Shown in pieces: positions 52,313 through 62,775 of a stretch of DNA of 64,000 nucleotides (positions are counted from its first letter, which is position 1; every line of letters begins with the position of its first letter). A model generated the notes under the pieces. It saw only the letters and a program-made list of their open reading frames with translations. It had not been told where the DNA came from and made no database searches. Source of the DNA: a virus; the IMG/VR virus record IMGVR_UViG_3300010334_000030, positions 32,001-96,000 of that record. One strand, written 5' to 3'. The position numbers and the translations under genes are program-made.

Positions 52313-55300
52313 TTAAATTATCATACTAGTGGTACCTCCGGTAGAGCCAAAAGAGACTTTAAATAAAGGACTACCCCCAGGAACACTACTAGGAGGAAGG
52401 TACGAAGAATTTGTTATAGAAAAATTATTAACGCTCAAATTTGTAGGCGGTGTATCCGTTGAGAGCGGTCCTGATTCAGTAGGAATTGGTCTATAATAAA
52501 AATTAGAAACGTACATGTCGGAGGACGAATTTAACTGATCTGCTAATTCTTGGATACTTAAACCTGCAATCCCTTGCTGTATAGTTATTCCTGTAGGAAA
52601 TGGATAAGATTCATTAGCTGTGCTTAATAATATATTATCACCCGGTCTTATATTATGAAGCTCGTACCCTCCTAACCAATCATTATTAAATTCAAAATCA
52701 TACCAACCGTGAGCGTATCCATTATCCCACGTGTTATCTTCAAACGTATTCCAGTTAATCCTTTTAGTTCCCCAATACTTAAGATTCTTATTGGGAAAGG
52801 TCAGTGAGTACTCTGGCCAGTAAACATATTTGGAATCAACGTTCAATCCACCTGTCATTCCAGTATCATAGGAATTTAAAATTATCGAGCCAGAAACAGA
52901 TAATGATACTTTTGATCCATTCTGGTTTGCCCCCAGATCAGATGGTGCTGTAATTTTAATTGTTGCCGGATCTGCTGTCGGATTATCGCAGGATGCAAAA
53001 TAGTCAGGATAGGTTCTTAATGAATTAACGGAGGAAACTATCGAGTTTACTGTTGAGTGAAGTGTATCACCAGCCTCGGAGGATCCAATAAGTCTATCGT
53101 TTATATAAATAGACATTTTCCCTGCTGAGGTCATCTTTTGATTTGGGTACCAAGAGGCGGAAACGTCTACGGTAAGTCTAGTTGGAGAAGAAGCAGTATA
53201 CACAGAGCTCCAACCAAGTTCAAGAATTATAGGAATCTCAAATGTTGTGTCCGATGTAACAATACAATTCCATCTCCCCATTATCTGTGGAACTGAATTT
53301 TGGATAGAAACTACGTCGCCAGTAGTTAAATTATGTGTGGATGCTGTTGTTACCGTAGCAAATCCATACTGAATACCAGTTATTAGATACGAAGAAATGT
53401 CGAGTATTCCCAAAACATTCTGGGTAATAACAATATTGCTATAAGCAGATGAAGGCTGTGTTTTTATTTTTACGTAAACATCCTGTCCCTCTTCTGCCTT
53501 GTTTCCATAATTTGAAAAATTAAGGATCTCTTCAGGAATTGATTTTTTAAGAACCTCTATAGAGGATCCTTCGGCAGGGAATTCCCAAATTGAGTTGTAT
53601 TCCTCCCATGCTTTGTAAGTGTCTTTCCAGTCATACGTTTCAACTTCTCTGAATCTTGTCCAAGCATCGACTTTAATTGTTTTTGGACTAACCTTTATTG
53701 CCCCATCTTTTATTACTGTATTTTTAAAATTAAATCCATCTATAACATTGCAGGTAACTTTGTACTCTCCTGTATAAGGAACAAAATGCGATAAACGGTA
53801 GAAGTCTGATATTGGTCCTCTGAAAATAAAATTATATGGGCTTCCGCTCTGAGTTGTTGATTTATTTACGATCCACTCTATCTCCACCATGTTGGAGAAA
53901 TCAATATTCGTCCAGGTTAGCAATCCATATTTTTGTGATGTTGCATAGAGGGAATACGAGTCAAATGTTACTGTTGGACCCCCATCCAGCTTAATGCTAT
54001 AAGTTTCATCAAGATAACTAACAACCGCAACTACAGTTCCATTCTGACCGTAATAAGAGCTATTTGGGGATTTTACATTAACTCTTGTTCCTATTGAAAA
54101 TATAGGAAGTATAACGGAGGTCCAGGTAAAATTCAATTCATCCCATGTCCATCTATCAGGGATAAGTTCTAAAACTACTGGCATTCCTATAGGATTCTGA
54201 TATGGAAGACCAGTAACAGGATCAACGTAAACAGGGTAATCGTAATTGTATGCACCATCTCCAAGATCCTTTATTTTTCCCTGCTGCTTTAAATCATAAA
54301 AATTTGAGATTGCAGAAATCATCGAGGAGTTCTGTGATGGGGAAAATCTTTGTTGCGAAGAAAGCGGATCTACAGTATTTCCAAGATCTGATATGGTGGA
54401 AGGTAAAACTGTGATCTGTCCATTTAGTAGAGATTTATTATTCGATGAAAAATAATAAACAGGCGATGTTTGGGTAGGATTAACATACCAGGTCATTGGC
54501 GATCCCCCTGATATAGCACCATTTCCGGTAAGACCAGTCGGAGCAACAATAGAGGATAAAGTTGGATCTGTTGTTATATAAAAATCAAATCCAGTGGTAC
54601 CTATAGAGAATTCATAGGATTTACCAGAGGTTACCGAGAAAGTTGGATTTGGTGTAAGATTAAGTGAATCTGAAATTCCTTTAAAGTATAAAGCACTGCC
54701 GGTGCCACCAGCAACGCTAGCTGTTATTTCATACTTATTGTAATAATTGGACGGAGCTTGTATAGAATTAGAATAAGGTCTAGTTGAAAAATTTCTAAGA
54801 TCCTCTAAAAATCCAAAATCAGGATTTGCTTTTATTTGAAAATCAAACCCAGCACTTATTTCTGATCTGTCCATAGTATCAGTCCAAACACGGGTATTAT
54901 AAATGTCAAAATAAACTCCCTCTCCAGTAATATCAACTATTCTAGCATTTAGAGGGAGATAGTCTCTTTTGAGCCTCTCTTTTAATGCAAACAGTTTTAT
55001 CAGAACTTCCTCCTGCGTAAATGCAAAAGCGTCAGTAACTTCAGGATACCCATAATCTGAATCATTCCCTGTCACTTTGTTGAGATCGTAATACAATCCA
55101 AATAAAGCAGTTTTTTTATATGTTTTACTTGGAAGTAGTGTATCCTGCGAGGAAAGATTAAGAACATAGTTTCCGTCCGAATCCGGGCCATACGTTTGTG
55201 TTAACTTATACTTTCCAGTGTTCTCATTATTTATAAGATCAGATATTTTATAGTTCTGACTGTATCCATTTGCTTCTTGATCTGCATTTATTTGATCTAG

Positions 55301-56566
55301 AAACTCTTGATTACTTTGAAGAGGTGATGTGACTTGAGTTTTACCATATTCTAGATTAAGCCAATACTCCTTTATTCTTAAATCTTGATAACCAAAGAAC
55401 TTAAGGGCATTAACTAGACCTTTATAACTACCTGCATATGGGAATATGCTTTCACCAGCCACCATTAGCTCTTTCCTTTTCTGGTTTATTTCAAGGTAGT
55501 TTGGCATTGGTTCCTCCGGGTCATGGTCTCTAAGAATAATCGAATCTGACTGGTAAAAAGCTCGTCCTAGATTTTTAAGAAGAACGTTAAATCTTTCGTC
55601 TTCCCCTACAATCTCACCGTAGAAATTCACCTCTAAAACCTTAACTGGGCTAGGTCCTGTTATATCCTCTACTACAAGTCTTCTCTCATAAATATCAGAA
55701 TAAAGATCACTAGAGTTAAGGGCAACATTTATCGATAATGATTCTGATGTGATATTTGATGACTCGATATACCCACCAACATTAGAGTAGTAGTCATCAC
55801 TAGCTATTGCATCTATCGGATAAACTACATTTGGATAATTTATTATTATTGGCTGTCCTTCTCCGCCAGGTAACCTATCCTCTATTTTATAAGTGAATAT
55901 GATCTCAGATACATCAGTTTCACCATATTTGTCATTATACCATCTCGTTCTCCATTTTCCCTGGGCGGTTCCACCTGTCCCTCCAGTGAATCCAGTATGC
56001 GGTAACCCATATTCAATAGATCCTAAAGGATTATACATTTCTTGAACAATAAAAATTTGCTCATTCTCATAGAGTCCAGAAGAAACTGGATCAAAATAAA
56101 TGCTTCCCTTAAAATATCCGCCTGGTCTGTACTCGTAGGATGTTTTAAAATAAACTTGATATCCTTGACTTATTGTCTTCTGACCTGAAACTTGCCCAGG
56201 ATAAAAGTTAACAGTATACGTTCCAACATTAGTTGAAATTGATGATATTTTACCTTTGAATTCTTGTTGTCCAGCAATTCTACCATATAGATAAACGTCC
56301 GCTCCTTTTAACAGAAAGTCAAAAATCTCTTTAGCCCAATCAGATATATTAAACCCATTTAAATCATTAAGATTAAATGTTAAAGATGCTGGATCGGAAT
56401 CAAGAAGATCCACATCAAATTCACCAACACTCGAAGATCCAGAAGAACTTCTAAAAGTGAATTTAGAGTCAAGTGGGGTTGGTCCAGTCGGGCCAACATA
56501 ATCAAAATTCAGGGGATCCCCGTGTTTATTAAAAAAGTTAAGCCTTCTATAAAAAAAATTAGACAT
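52313..56566 (-). CDS. Large baseplate wedge-associated protein (gp7-like candidate)
   Basis: 1417 aa downstream of the gp6-like gene; YAGSYKGLVNALKFFGY..L.IKEYW segment. Confidence 0.5.
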   Translation of the reverse strand: MSNFFYRRLNFFNKHGDPLNFDYVGPTGPTPLDSKFTFRSSSGSSSVGEFDVDLLDSDPASLTFNLNDLNGFNISDWAKEIFDFLLKGADVYLYGRIAGQQEFKGKISSISTNVGTYTVNFYPGQVSGQKTISQGYQVYFKTSYEYRPGGYFKGSIYFDPVSSGLYENEQIFIVQEMYNPLGSIEYGLPHTGFTGGTGGTAQGKWRTRWYNDKYGETDVSEIIFTYKIEDRLPGGEGQPIIINYPNVVYPIDAIASDDYYSNVGGYIESSNITSESLSINVALNSSDLYSDIYERRLVVEDITGPSPVKVLEVNFYGEIVGEDERFNVLLKNLGRAFYQSDSIILRDHDPEEPMPNYLEINQKRKELMVAGESIFPYAGSYKGLVNALKFFGYQDLRIKEYWLNLEYGKTQVTSPLQSNQEFLDQINADQEANGYSQNYKISDLINNENTGKYKLTQTYGPDSDGNYVLNLSSQDTLLPSKTYKKTALFGLYYDLNKVTGNDSDYGYPEVTDAFAFTQEEVLIKLFALKERLKRDYLPLNARIVDITGEGVYFDIYNTRVWTDTMDRSEISAGFDFQIKANPDFGFLEDLRNFSTRPYSNSIQAPSNYYNKYEITASVAGGTGSALYFKGISDSLNLTPNPTFSVTSGKSYEFSIGTTGFDFYITTDPTLSSIVAPTGLTGNGAISGGSPMTWYVNPTQTSPVYYFSSNNKSLLNGQITVLPSTISDLGNTVDPLSSQQRFSPSQNSSMISAISNFYDLKQQGKIKDLGDGAYNYDYPVYVDPVTGLPYQNPIGMPVVLELIPDRWTWDELNFTWTSVILPIFSIGTRVNVKSPNSSYYGQNGTVVAVVSYLDETYSIKLDGGPTVTFDSYSLYATSQKYGLLTWTNIDFSNMVEIEWIVNKSTTQSGSPYNFIFRGPISDFYRLSHFVPYTGEYKVTCNVIDGFNFKNTVIKDGAIKVSPKTIKVDAWTRFREVETYDWKDTYKAWEEYNSIWEFPAEGSSIEVLKKSIPEEILNFSNYGNKAEEGQDVYVKIKTQPSSAYSNIVITQNVLGILDISSYLITGIQYGFATVTTASTHNLTTGDVVSIQNSVPQIMGRWNCIVTSDTTFEIPIILELGWSSVYTASSPTRLTVDVSASWYPNQKMTSAGKMSIYINDRLIGSSEAGDTLHSTVNSIVSSVNSLRTYPDYFASCDNPTADPATIKITAPSDLGANQNGSKVSLSVSGSIILNSYDTGMTGGLNVDSKYVYWPEYSLTFPNKNLKYWGTKRINWNTFEDNTWDNGYAHGWYDFEFNNDWLGGYELHNIRPGDNILLSTANESYPFPTGITIQQGIAGLSIQELADQLNSSSDMYVSNFYYRPIPTESGPLSTDTPPTNLSVNNFSITNSSYLPPSSVPGGSPLFKVSFGSTGGTTSMII

Positions 56567-56569
56567 ATC

Positions 56570-57103
56570 TTAAAATACTCTTCTGTTATTTTTTTTAACT
56601 GTGTAGTTAAAAAAGTTTTTAATTTGTTTTGTACTTTCTACTAATCCATATATCACCATATCAAAGTAATGAAGTATTCCCTCTTTAATGGGATCTTTGT
56701 ATATTACACTTGAAAGAGTTCTTTTTAAAATCTGTTCCTTATAGATAAATCCCTCCTGAACGTTATCATTTACGCTATCCCTTATATCATAAATATTCTG
56801 GGTTGGATCATATTCATACCAATGCCTTTCCATTGGAATTTTAGGAAGTTCTTTCATCAATTTGCGATAATCTTTACTATCCGAACAAGGTGCAAATTTA
56901 TACTCTTTACTATTTGCTAAAATTAATCTGTACCCAGAGCATCCTATATTATAGGCTCTAGATTCTGCCAGATCTTGTGTATCATAAATATCTCTAGAAT
57001 TATAGAAAGTTGATGATGATGTCTGAGGCTTTATCCCTACCTGAGTATAGTTTATCCCTTTATCGGGATCGGGGAAAAACGGGGAGTATTCTTTTTCTGC
57101 CAT
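56570..57103 (-). CDS. Hypothetical protein in the baseplate cluster
   Basis: 177 aa; AESRAYNIGCSG...APC Cys pair. Confidence 0.55.
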   Translation of the reverse strand: MAEKEYSPFFPDPDKGINYTQVGIKPQTSSSTFYNSRDIYDTQDLAESRAYNIGCSGYRLILANSKEYKFAPCSDSKDYRKLMKELPKIPMERHWYEYDPTQNIYDIRDSVNDNVQEGFIYKEQILKRTLSSVIYKDPIKEGILHYFDMVIYGLVESTKQIKNFFNYTVKKNNRRVF

Positions 57104-57105
57104 TC

Positions 57106-58833
57106 TTAGTTAGAAGATTTTGTAATTTGAGCCTTGGTGTTAGCATTTAATTCCGCTCTGTAATCTTTCTTAGTAGTAGAAGATACACTCATATTTAATG
57201 GTCCTGGTTTTCCTTCTACTATACCCTCCGTATAAGTTATACCGTTTCTATCTGTCCAACCACCTCTTAAAACTACAAGCTCATTTCTACCTATAACTAT
57301 ATCTCCGAAATCATTAAGTCCTAACAACTGCGACATTTGTTGATCGGATATATTTGTAAGATCCTTCATCTTTGACTGATTCTCCTCGTTCTTTTGACCA
57401 ACAAAGTAGAGATTGACTGAATCGACACCATCTATAGATTCAACTATAGCTATCAAATCGGATTTAGGAATATAATCCCTTCTTGTCGTATTTAGCATAT
57501 ACGTAGATATTCTTTTCCTAATTTCTTTCTTTACTGATTCTGGATCATACCCTTCAAAAATAGTAAAAACAACATTCGTAACATATCTAGATATTACAGG
57601 ATCAACTATTTGTATTACCGTTGTAGCTATCATAGATCCTGAATCCTGAATAAGTTTAACTATCATTTTTTTCTGTGGTTCTGTTAATAGAAAATCTTCA
57701 ACAGGAACACTGAAATAATCTTGATTAGACGAGATGTTAAGTGTAATATTAGGTATCAAATAAAGATAAACAACATTATCATCGTCCAAGTAATCGTCGT
57801 CAAAAGTAGAGAATGCTTGTATTTGAGAAAATATACCAAGTTTATCTAGAAAGATCTCATAATTTTGGGCATTTGCAAAAACAAACGATCTACTAACTTT
57901 AGGAGCAACCAGTCTTATTAAATTGGTAGAGTCTGGATTTGTTCCAAACATCGGATCTATACTTTGTTTAATATCTAAATAATTTCCAAGATCCACTTCT
58001 TTACCAAAAAGATCTGTGCCTGTTTGGTTGAATTTATAACTTATTGGATTATCTTTAGTGGATGCAACATTACCTCCTGTTCCTACATTTTGAAGGTATT
58101 CTATTCTTATTTTAGATCCCTTCTGGGGAACCATTCCAAAATTAGAATTACCGAAATAAATATCTATGCCTTCCTGAATTCCACTCTTGACGAGATATCC
58201 CTTTTTGTTTAGAGGGATGTCATAAAGAGAATCGTATCTTTTCCATTTTTCCTCATTAACATAAACATCAACATAAAATTGATCTACAAATGAAGCGGAT
58301 TGTATAGGAATACTAAAGCTCTGTAGAGAAAGACCTGTTCCTGTAACTGTAAAAGAATTAAATACACCCTGAACTATTTTACATCTAATTGGATTAGTTC
58401 CTCCTGTAAGCGGAATTGTTAATTTCTGAGCTCCTAGAACGAGCGAGTAAGTTCTACCGTTCTCTTGACATCTTATTTGTGTGTGGTTACTTAGAATGAT
58501 ACATCCCCCTCCAACATCAGACTGTAATGTGTTCCAGGAAACAAAAACTTCACCCTGAGCCGATGTCGATCTTCCCGGATCATATCCAGAAATTCTAGCC
58601 AAGCTTCTTACTGAATAATCCCTTGTAGCATTTTCTATATTTAGCTCCGTAATAGAATCCTCGATAAAGTATAATATCATTTGCGATAGATTCTGAACGA
58701 CAAACAAAATTTGTCCCCATGCAGAAGCAACTGTGAACAAATTTACGGTCTGGTTATAAGTATCCTGTAGAAAATTAAAGGTGTCAGTTAAGAGTCCGTT
58801 AATCAGGATGTTATTTTTCTTAAAAATATTCAT
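57106..58833 (-). CDS. Baseplate wedge subunit (T4 gp6-like)
   Basis: ENATRDYSVRSLARISGYDP, IYFGNSNFG..P, IEYL...G.GGN; follows the gp25-like gene. Confidence 0.8.
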   Translation of the reverse strand: MNIFKKNNILINGLLTDTFNFLQDTYNQTVNLFTVASAWGQILFVVQNLSQMILYFIEDSITELNIENATRDYSVRSLARISGYDPGRSTSAQGEVFVSWNTLQSDVGGGCIILSNHTQIRCQENGRTYSLVLGAQKLTIPLTGGTNPIRCKIVQGVFNSFTVTGTGLSLQSFSIPIQSASFVDQFYVDVYVNEEKWKRYDSLYDIPLNKKGYLVKSGIQEGIDIYFGNSNFGMVPQKGSKIRIEYLQNVGTGGNVASTKDNPISYKFNQTGTDLFGKEVDLGNYLDIKQSIDPMFGTNPDSTNLIRLVAPKVSRSFVFANAQNYEIFLDKLGIFSQIQAFSTFDDDYLDDDNVVYLYLIPNITLNISSNQDYFSVPVEDFLLTEPQKKMIVKLIQDSGSMIATTVIQIVDPVISRYVTNVVFTIFEGYDPESVKKEIRKRISTYMLNTTRRDYIPKSDLIAIVESIDGVDSVNLYFVGQKNEENQSKMKDLTNISDQQMSQLLGLNDFGDIVIGRNELVVLRGGWTDRNGITYTEGIVEGKPGPLNMSVSSTTKKDYRAELNANTKAQITKSSN

Positions 58834-58841
58834 TTTCTAAA

Positions 58842-59213
58842 TTATGTTATTCTTAAAGTTATTGTTGGACTTAATCCTCCATCAGAAGGGAGCATAAAAT
58901 CTAAAGTTGCTACGTCTCTTTGAGTTCCTTGAAAAAAATTGAGATCGTAACTTCCGCCAAGTGTTGAAAAAAGAGGAATGTAGGTCGTTAAAAAAGTATC
59001 AAGTTCATTCTTAAGACCTGATTCTGATACATTAAGATTAAAGATAAGATCCTCCAGATTTAGTCCAAATCTAGGATCTCCTAACACTTCACCTTTGTTT
59101 GTTAGAAGCAACATCTTCAATTGGCCAGTACAAATCTCTACAGGATCTGTCGTCTCTATCTGATATGGATTATATTTTGGGTCTTGTGGATCCCTATTGT
59201 AAAGTTCTTTCAT
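58842..59213 (-). CDS. Baseplate wedge/sheath initiator (gp25/GPW-like)
   Basis: LLLTNKGEVLGDPRFGLNLEDLIF. Confidence 0.8.
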   Translation of the reverse strand: MKELYNRDPQDPKYNPYQIETTDPVEICTGQLKMLLLTNKGEVLGDPRFGLNLEDLIFNLNVSESGLKNELDTFLTTYIPLFSTLGGSYDLNFFQGTQRDVATLDFMLPSDGGLSPTITLRIT

Positions 59214-59235
59214 ACTTAAATGCTAATACTGATAT

Positions 59236-59243
59236 TATATATC
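59236..59243 (-). promoter_or_regulatory. GATATATA putative late-promoter motif
   Basis: Between the terminator and ATG at 59213. Confidence 0.65.
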
Positions 59244-59269
59244 TCAATTTCATAAGAGCCACAACAAAT

Positions 59270-59297
59270 AAAAAACCCCGGAAATTCCGGGGTCTTT
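59270..59297 (-). terminator. Intrinsic terminator
   Basis: ACCCCGGA-3 nt-TCCGGGGT hairpin followed by a T run on the minus strand, after the neck gene. Confidence 0.8.
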
Positions 59298-59317
59298 GGA
59301 TATTTTTTCGGTATTCT

Positions 59318-60118
59318 TTAATTCCACTGCAAGAAATAGCTAGGTGTATTCTCACCATTAATCATTTCCATAACCTCCTGAAGCTCCGCTTCACCCGTAG
59401 CTTTTATATCACCAGAATTTACTTGTATTCCACCAGGAAGATTATAGTTAAACACGGAAAGCATATTAGCTAACGCTATCTTAGATTTAGCTATACAGTA
59501 TCTAACAAACAATTCATCTTTAAAAAGGTCTTCGTCATTTATAGCAACAAAGCATCTAACTGCTACGTCAACCCCACCTACCCCAAATCCCTGAGCTAGC
59601 TGTCCATTTGAATTAGCGGATGTTCCACCCTTACCAGATCTTGATGGATCCCTACCCAGGATGGTTAAGTTCTTTGTGTTCTTGTTCCATTTAAATGCAA
59701 AAGTATTTAGAAGGTAAGCTCTAGATAAATCAAAATAGGAGTACATTACCGTTCTATAAACTAGATTATCTCCAACAAAAGGAGAAAGTAAAAGTTCAGA
59801 TCCTAAAAGTTTAGAGTCGCTAAAATCTCTATCCGGATTTCCTGAAATTCCTGATCCTCCAACTTCCCTTACATCATAAACAGTCACGATAGACTCAGGC
59901 AATTTAATTTGTCTGGTTGCTCTAAATTCTTTATGTTGAAATATTGCATTTTTAAGAATAAAAACTCTATCCTCCACAGCATACTGGTAATTGTCTCTAA
60001 ACCATGACTTAGCACGTCCTATAATTCTTTCAACCTCTTGTTTGTTTAGGTTATATGGGAGAGCACAGCTAAAGGATAGCGCGTCTTCTATTTCCTGAAT
60101 TAAACCATCTAATATCAT
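59318..60118 (-). CDS. Neck protein (T4 gp13-like)
   Basis: C-terminal RYCIAKSK...LPGGIQVN...GEAEL motif. Confidence 0.75.
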   Translation of the reverse strand: MILDGLIQEIEDALSFSCALPYNLNKQEVERIIGRAKSWFRDNYQYAVEDRVFILKNAIFQHKEFRATRQIKLPESIVTVYDVREVGGSGISGNPDRDFSDSKLLGSELLLSPFVGDNLVYRTVMYSYFDLSRAYLLNTFAFKWNKNTKNLTILGRDPSRSGKGGTSANSNGQLAQGFGVGGVDVAVRCFVAINDEDLFKDELFVRYCIAKSKIALANMLSVFNYNLPGGIQVNSGDIKATGEAELQEVMEMINGENTPSYFLQWN

Positions 60119-60133
60119 TTTCTTAGGGTTATT

Positions 60134-61540
60134 TTAGTAATTCATATTTCCGAATCTCGAAACAGCAAACTGATCATTAAGATCTTTTAGCCTACTATCG
60201 GTTACGAATCTATTGTTTCTGATTTCATCCCACCCTTTAACTTTATAGGTTTCTTTGCTAACCTCAGAATTTTCACCAAGGGTTCCAGCTCTAAAAACCC
60301 CACCAATTATTTTACAATTGATGTTCTTTTTTTCGCAATCTATAAAACAATCTTTTAATTCGTTTGTGAATTCTACTATAGATGATTTAACTTTGCTTGA
60401 GAAGATCTTAGATCCTCCAACTACGTTACAATCTTCTAAAGAGGATTTCTTTATCTCACAATTATGAATGTTGCAATTTTTCAAAATCCCATTTTTAATA
60501 TCGCAAAGAATTAAATCCATTCCGTCAATTAAAACCGCTTCTCTGCTTCTGGAATCTTTAAGTTGATATTTGCCCGTGGTTGTGTCATAATTGAAAAAAC
60601 CAGAGGTTACGTTTCCCTCAACAATAAGTTCAAATAGTTTATCTCTGATTACCGGGAAATATGTAGTAACATTTTCTTCCCATCCCTTAAGATCTATAAA
60701 TATATGGAAGTCAGGATAATTTTTAAAGAAGAAGTTTGGATTATTAAAGGATTTAACAACCTTAGTGTAATCCTTCATCATATTCTGTAACTTAGCCAAA
60801 TCATCTTTAGTGTAACCGTTTATTCTACGGCTAAGAATATCATATAGATATAATAAGACATAATCAACAACCTCTCTTATCTCCTTTATTTTCTTCTGAT
60901 AATCGCGATTCCCAAGATATCTAAATTCAAGATACCCTTTAGAAAGTTTAGTGAAATTTACTCCGTAGTATTTGTCATCAGGAATTTTGTACATCTTAGG
61001 ATCTATGCTAGTTATATTTTCTAACATAGCGAAACGATTTCTAGGAACTATTCTCTTTATGGATTTAGCATAAACATTTTTTATCCTTGTTCCGAATTTG
61101 TCGTATATCTTGTTTTCATCTAAACCTAAAATAAATTTAAGTCTATCTAAGGTTTCCATTCTATCCTTAATATCCCTTCTAGATTTATCAAAGCTAACTG
61201 AAAACTGAAAAGCGCATCTATCGTTGGTCCACCCGTTTTCGTCTATCCACTTTAATGTTTTGATCATTATAGGAATAGCCTCATTATAAGGAAGTGGCCC
61301 GGTTATAAATTCAACCATTTTGCCACCTCCAGAATAATCAGGTTCGAGTTTAAAAGTACTACCGCTAACAGAAATATTAGAGTGATACTTTTCTGAAACT
61401 ATAACTTTTTTGTTTAGAAGTTTTCCTAGGGATTCGGAAGCTTTACCCTTAAGCATATTTGTATAGAACTCAAATTCAAATCCAATTTCGGCGGAACTGA
61501 GTGCATACAATTTATCAAAATGGGTTCTTTCGTTACTCAT
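60134..61540 (-). CDS. Amidoligase (COOH-NH2 ligase)-like protein with C-terminal beta-helix repeats
   Basis: IGFEFEF, LEPDYS, VEFITGPL, TNDRC, KYYGVNF, YLEFR; C-terminal NC.I.NC.I..S.LEDC.V repeats. Confidence 0.7.
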   Translation of the reverse strand: MSNERTHFDKLYALSSAEIGFEFEFYTNMLKGKASESLGKLLNKKVIVSEKYHSNISVSGSTFKLEPDYSGGGKMVEFITGPLPYNEAIPIMIKTLKWIDENGWTNDRCAFQFSVSFDKSRRDIKDRMETLDRLKFILGLDENKIYDKFGTRIKNVYAKSIKRIVPRNRFAMLENITSIDPKMYKIPDDKYYGVNFTKLSKGYLEFRYLGNRDYQKKIKEIREVVDYVLLYLYDILSRRINGYTKDDLAKLQNMMKDYTKVVKSFNNPNFFFKNYPDFHIFIDLKGWEENVTTYFPVIRDKLFELIVEGNVTSGFFNYDTTTGKYQLKDSRSREAVLIDGMDLILCDIKNGILKNCNIHNCEIKKSSLEDCNVVGGSKIFSSKVKSSIVEFTNELKDCFIDCEKKNINCKIIGGVFRAGTLGENSEVSKETYKVKGWDEIRNNRFVTDSRLKDLNDQFAVSRFGNMNY

Positions 61541-62693
61541 TTACTGGTTCTGCAAATATTTTTCCTGCATTGACCTCAACTTCATAAAGTGAAACTGTCA
61601 GGGAATCACCAGGTTTGAATCCTCTGTTATTCTTACCGACTCTATCTTGAGGTATTAGTGCCATAAGACCAAGAGCTATTAATTCAACAAGAATTCCATT
61701 TTTTCTTAAGTGCTTAATTCTAGCCTCAAATGACTCGCAGTCTCCGTCTTTTATCTTTGTCTCAAGCTCTTGTAGGATTACATTCTTCTCTAGTGGTTTT
61801 TCTAAAGTTAGAGTTAATCTGTTATTTTCCTTTATCTCTTTGATATAGAATTCTATTTCATCACCAGGTATAAACGAGGTAACTCTAGAATCATTTTCAA
61901 ATTCAGTTTTATGGATTAGACCAGTGTAAACTTCTTCCCATTCTACGAATACTCCAAAGTCGCTGGTTCCTGTAACGAATCCTTTATATTTTTTAGTAAG
62001 ATCAAGCTCCTGTATTTTAGAATCCATGATCTTATTTAAGTATTTCTTATAAGAGATAATAAAGATGTCTTTTGCGTCAACATAACCTTCGATCATAACA
62101 GGAAGTTCCTTTCCTATATAAGACTCAAAATCTGTAATTCTGTTTGCCGCAGCTAATGATCCAGGAAGGAAACATTTTATTCCTGAAATGCTTGCGATAT
62201 AGCCACCTTTATTTATACTTTCTATTTTAGCTCTGTATGCATGAGATCCTTCTTTGATTTGTGCAAAGAATTCGTCTCTGATACTATGCATATAGAAATC
62301 AATAACGGAGCCAAAATAGCTGCTTCCTACTTTTCTAACACTAGCTTTAAATTCCGCTCCAACTTGAAAGTCTATCTCCTCTAAATTTAATTTAGCGGCA
62401 TCTCTTCTCTCTTTTCTTAGGTCTATATAAATCGTCTGGCCTGCCGAAGTCTGAGCCAATGCTTCAGTCTCGTTCATGTTTGTGATTTTACATGGATAAA
62501 CCTCACCATCTTTAAGGTCTTTCCCTATTTTATCAAATTCATAAGAAACCCCACTAAAGTATAAATTGCTCAAATCTTGAGCATACTTTTCATGGGAATA
62601 AACTCTTGACCCCTCTGGGGCTTTAATTTTTGCATTAACCGCTCTTTTGTTTGGTAGCGTCCAATCGAAATCTTCTGCTAGATTAAAACTCAT
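61533..62693 (-). CDS. Ribosomal protein S1-like multi-S1-domain protein
   Basis: INKGGYIASISGIKCFLPGSL (bS1 domain-2-like) and GFVTGTSDFGVFVE...GLIHKTE (domain-3-like); about 4 OB domains in 386 aa. Confidence 0.8.
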   Translation of the reverse strand: MSFNLAEDFDWTLPNKRAVNAKIKAPEGSRVYSHEKYAQDLSNLYFSGVSYEFDKIGKDLKDGEVYPCKITNMNETEALAQTSAGQTIYIDLRKERRDAAKLNLEEIDFQVGAEFKASVRKVGSSYFGSVIDFYMHSIRDEFFAQIKEGSHAYRAKIESINKGGYIASISGIKCFLPGSLAAANRITDFESYIGKELPVMIEGYVDAKDIFIISYKKYLNKIMDSKIQELDLTKKYKGFVTGTSDFGVFVEWEEVYTGLIHKTEFENDSRVTSFIPGDEIEFYIKEIKENNRLTLTLEKPLEKNVILQELETKIKDGDCESFEARIKHLRKNGILVELIALGLMALIPQDRVGKNNRGFKPGDSLTVSLYEVEVNAGKIFAEPVNE

Positions 62694-62737
62694 TCGTTTT
62701 GTTTTTAAAGGTTTAGTGATAAATTATTTAGTTATAG

Positions 62738-62745
62738 TATATATC
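62738..62745 (-). promoter_or_regulatory. GATATATA putative late-promoter motif
   Basis: Intergenic, 44 nt upstream of the S1-like gene. Confidence 0.6.
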
Positions 62746-62775
62746 AAATCTTAAGTTCCTTTAAGTGAAATAAGA

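Noticed and set aside
59099-59473. 124-aa plus-strand ORF
   Set aside because: Spans two minus-strand genes and a terminator; no recognisable protein features
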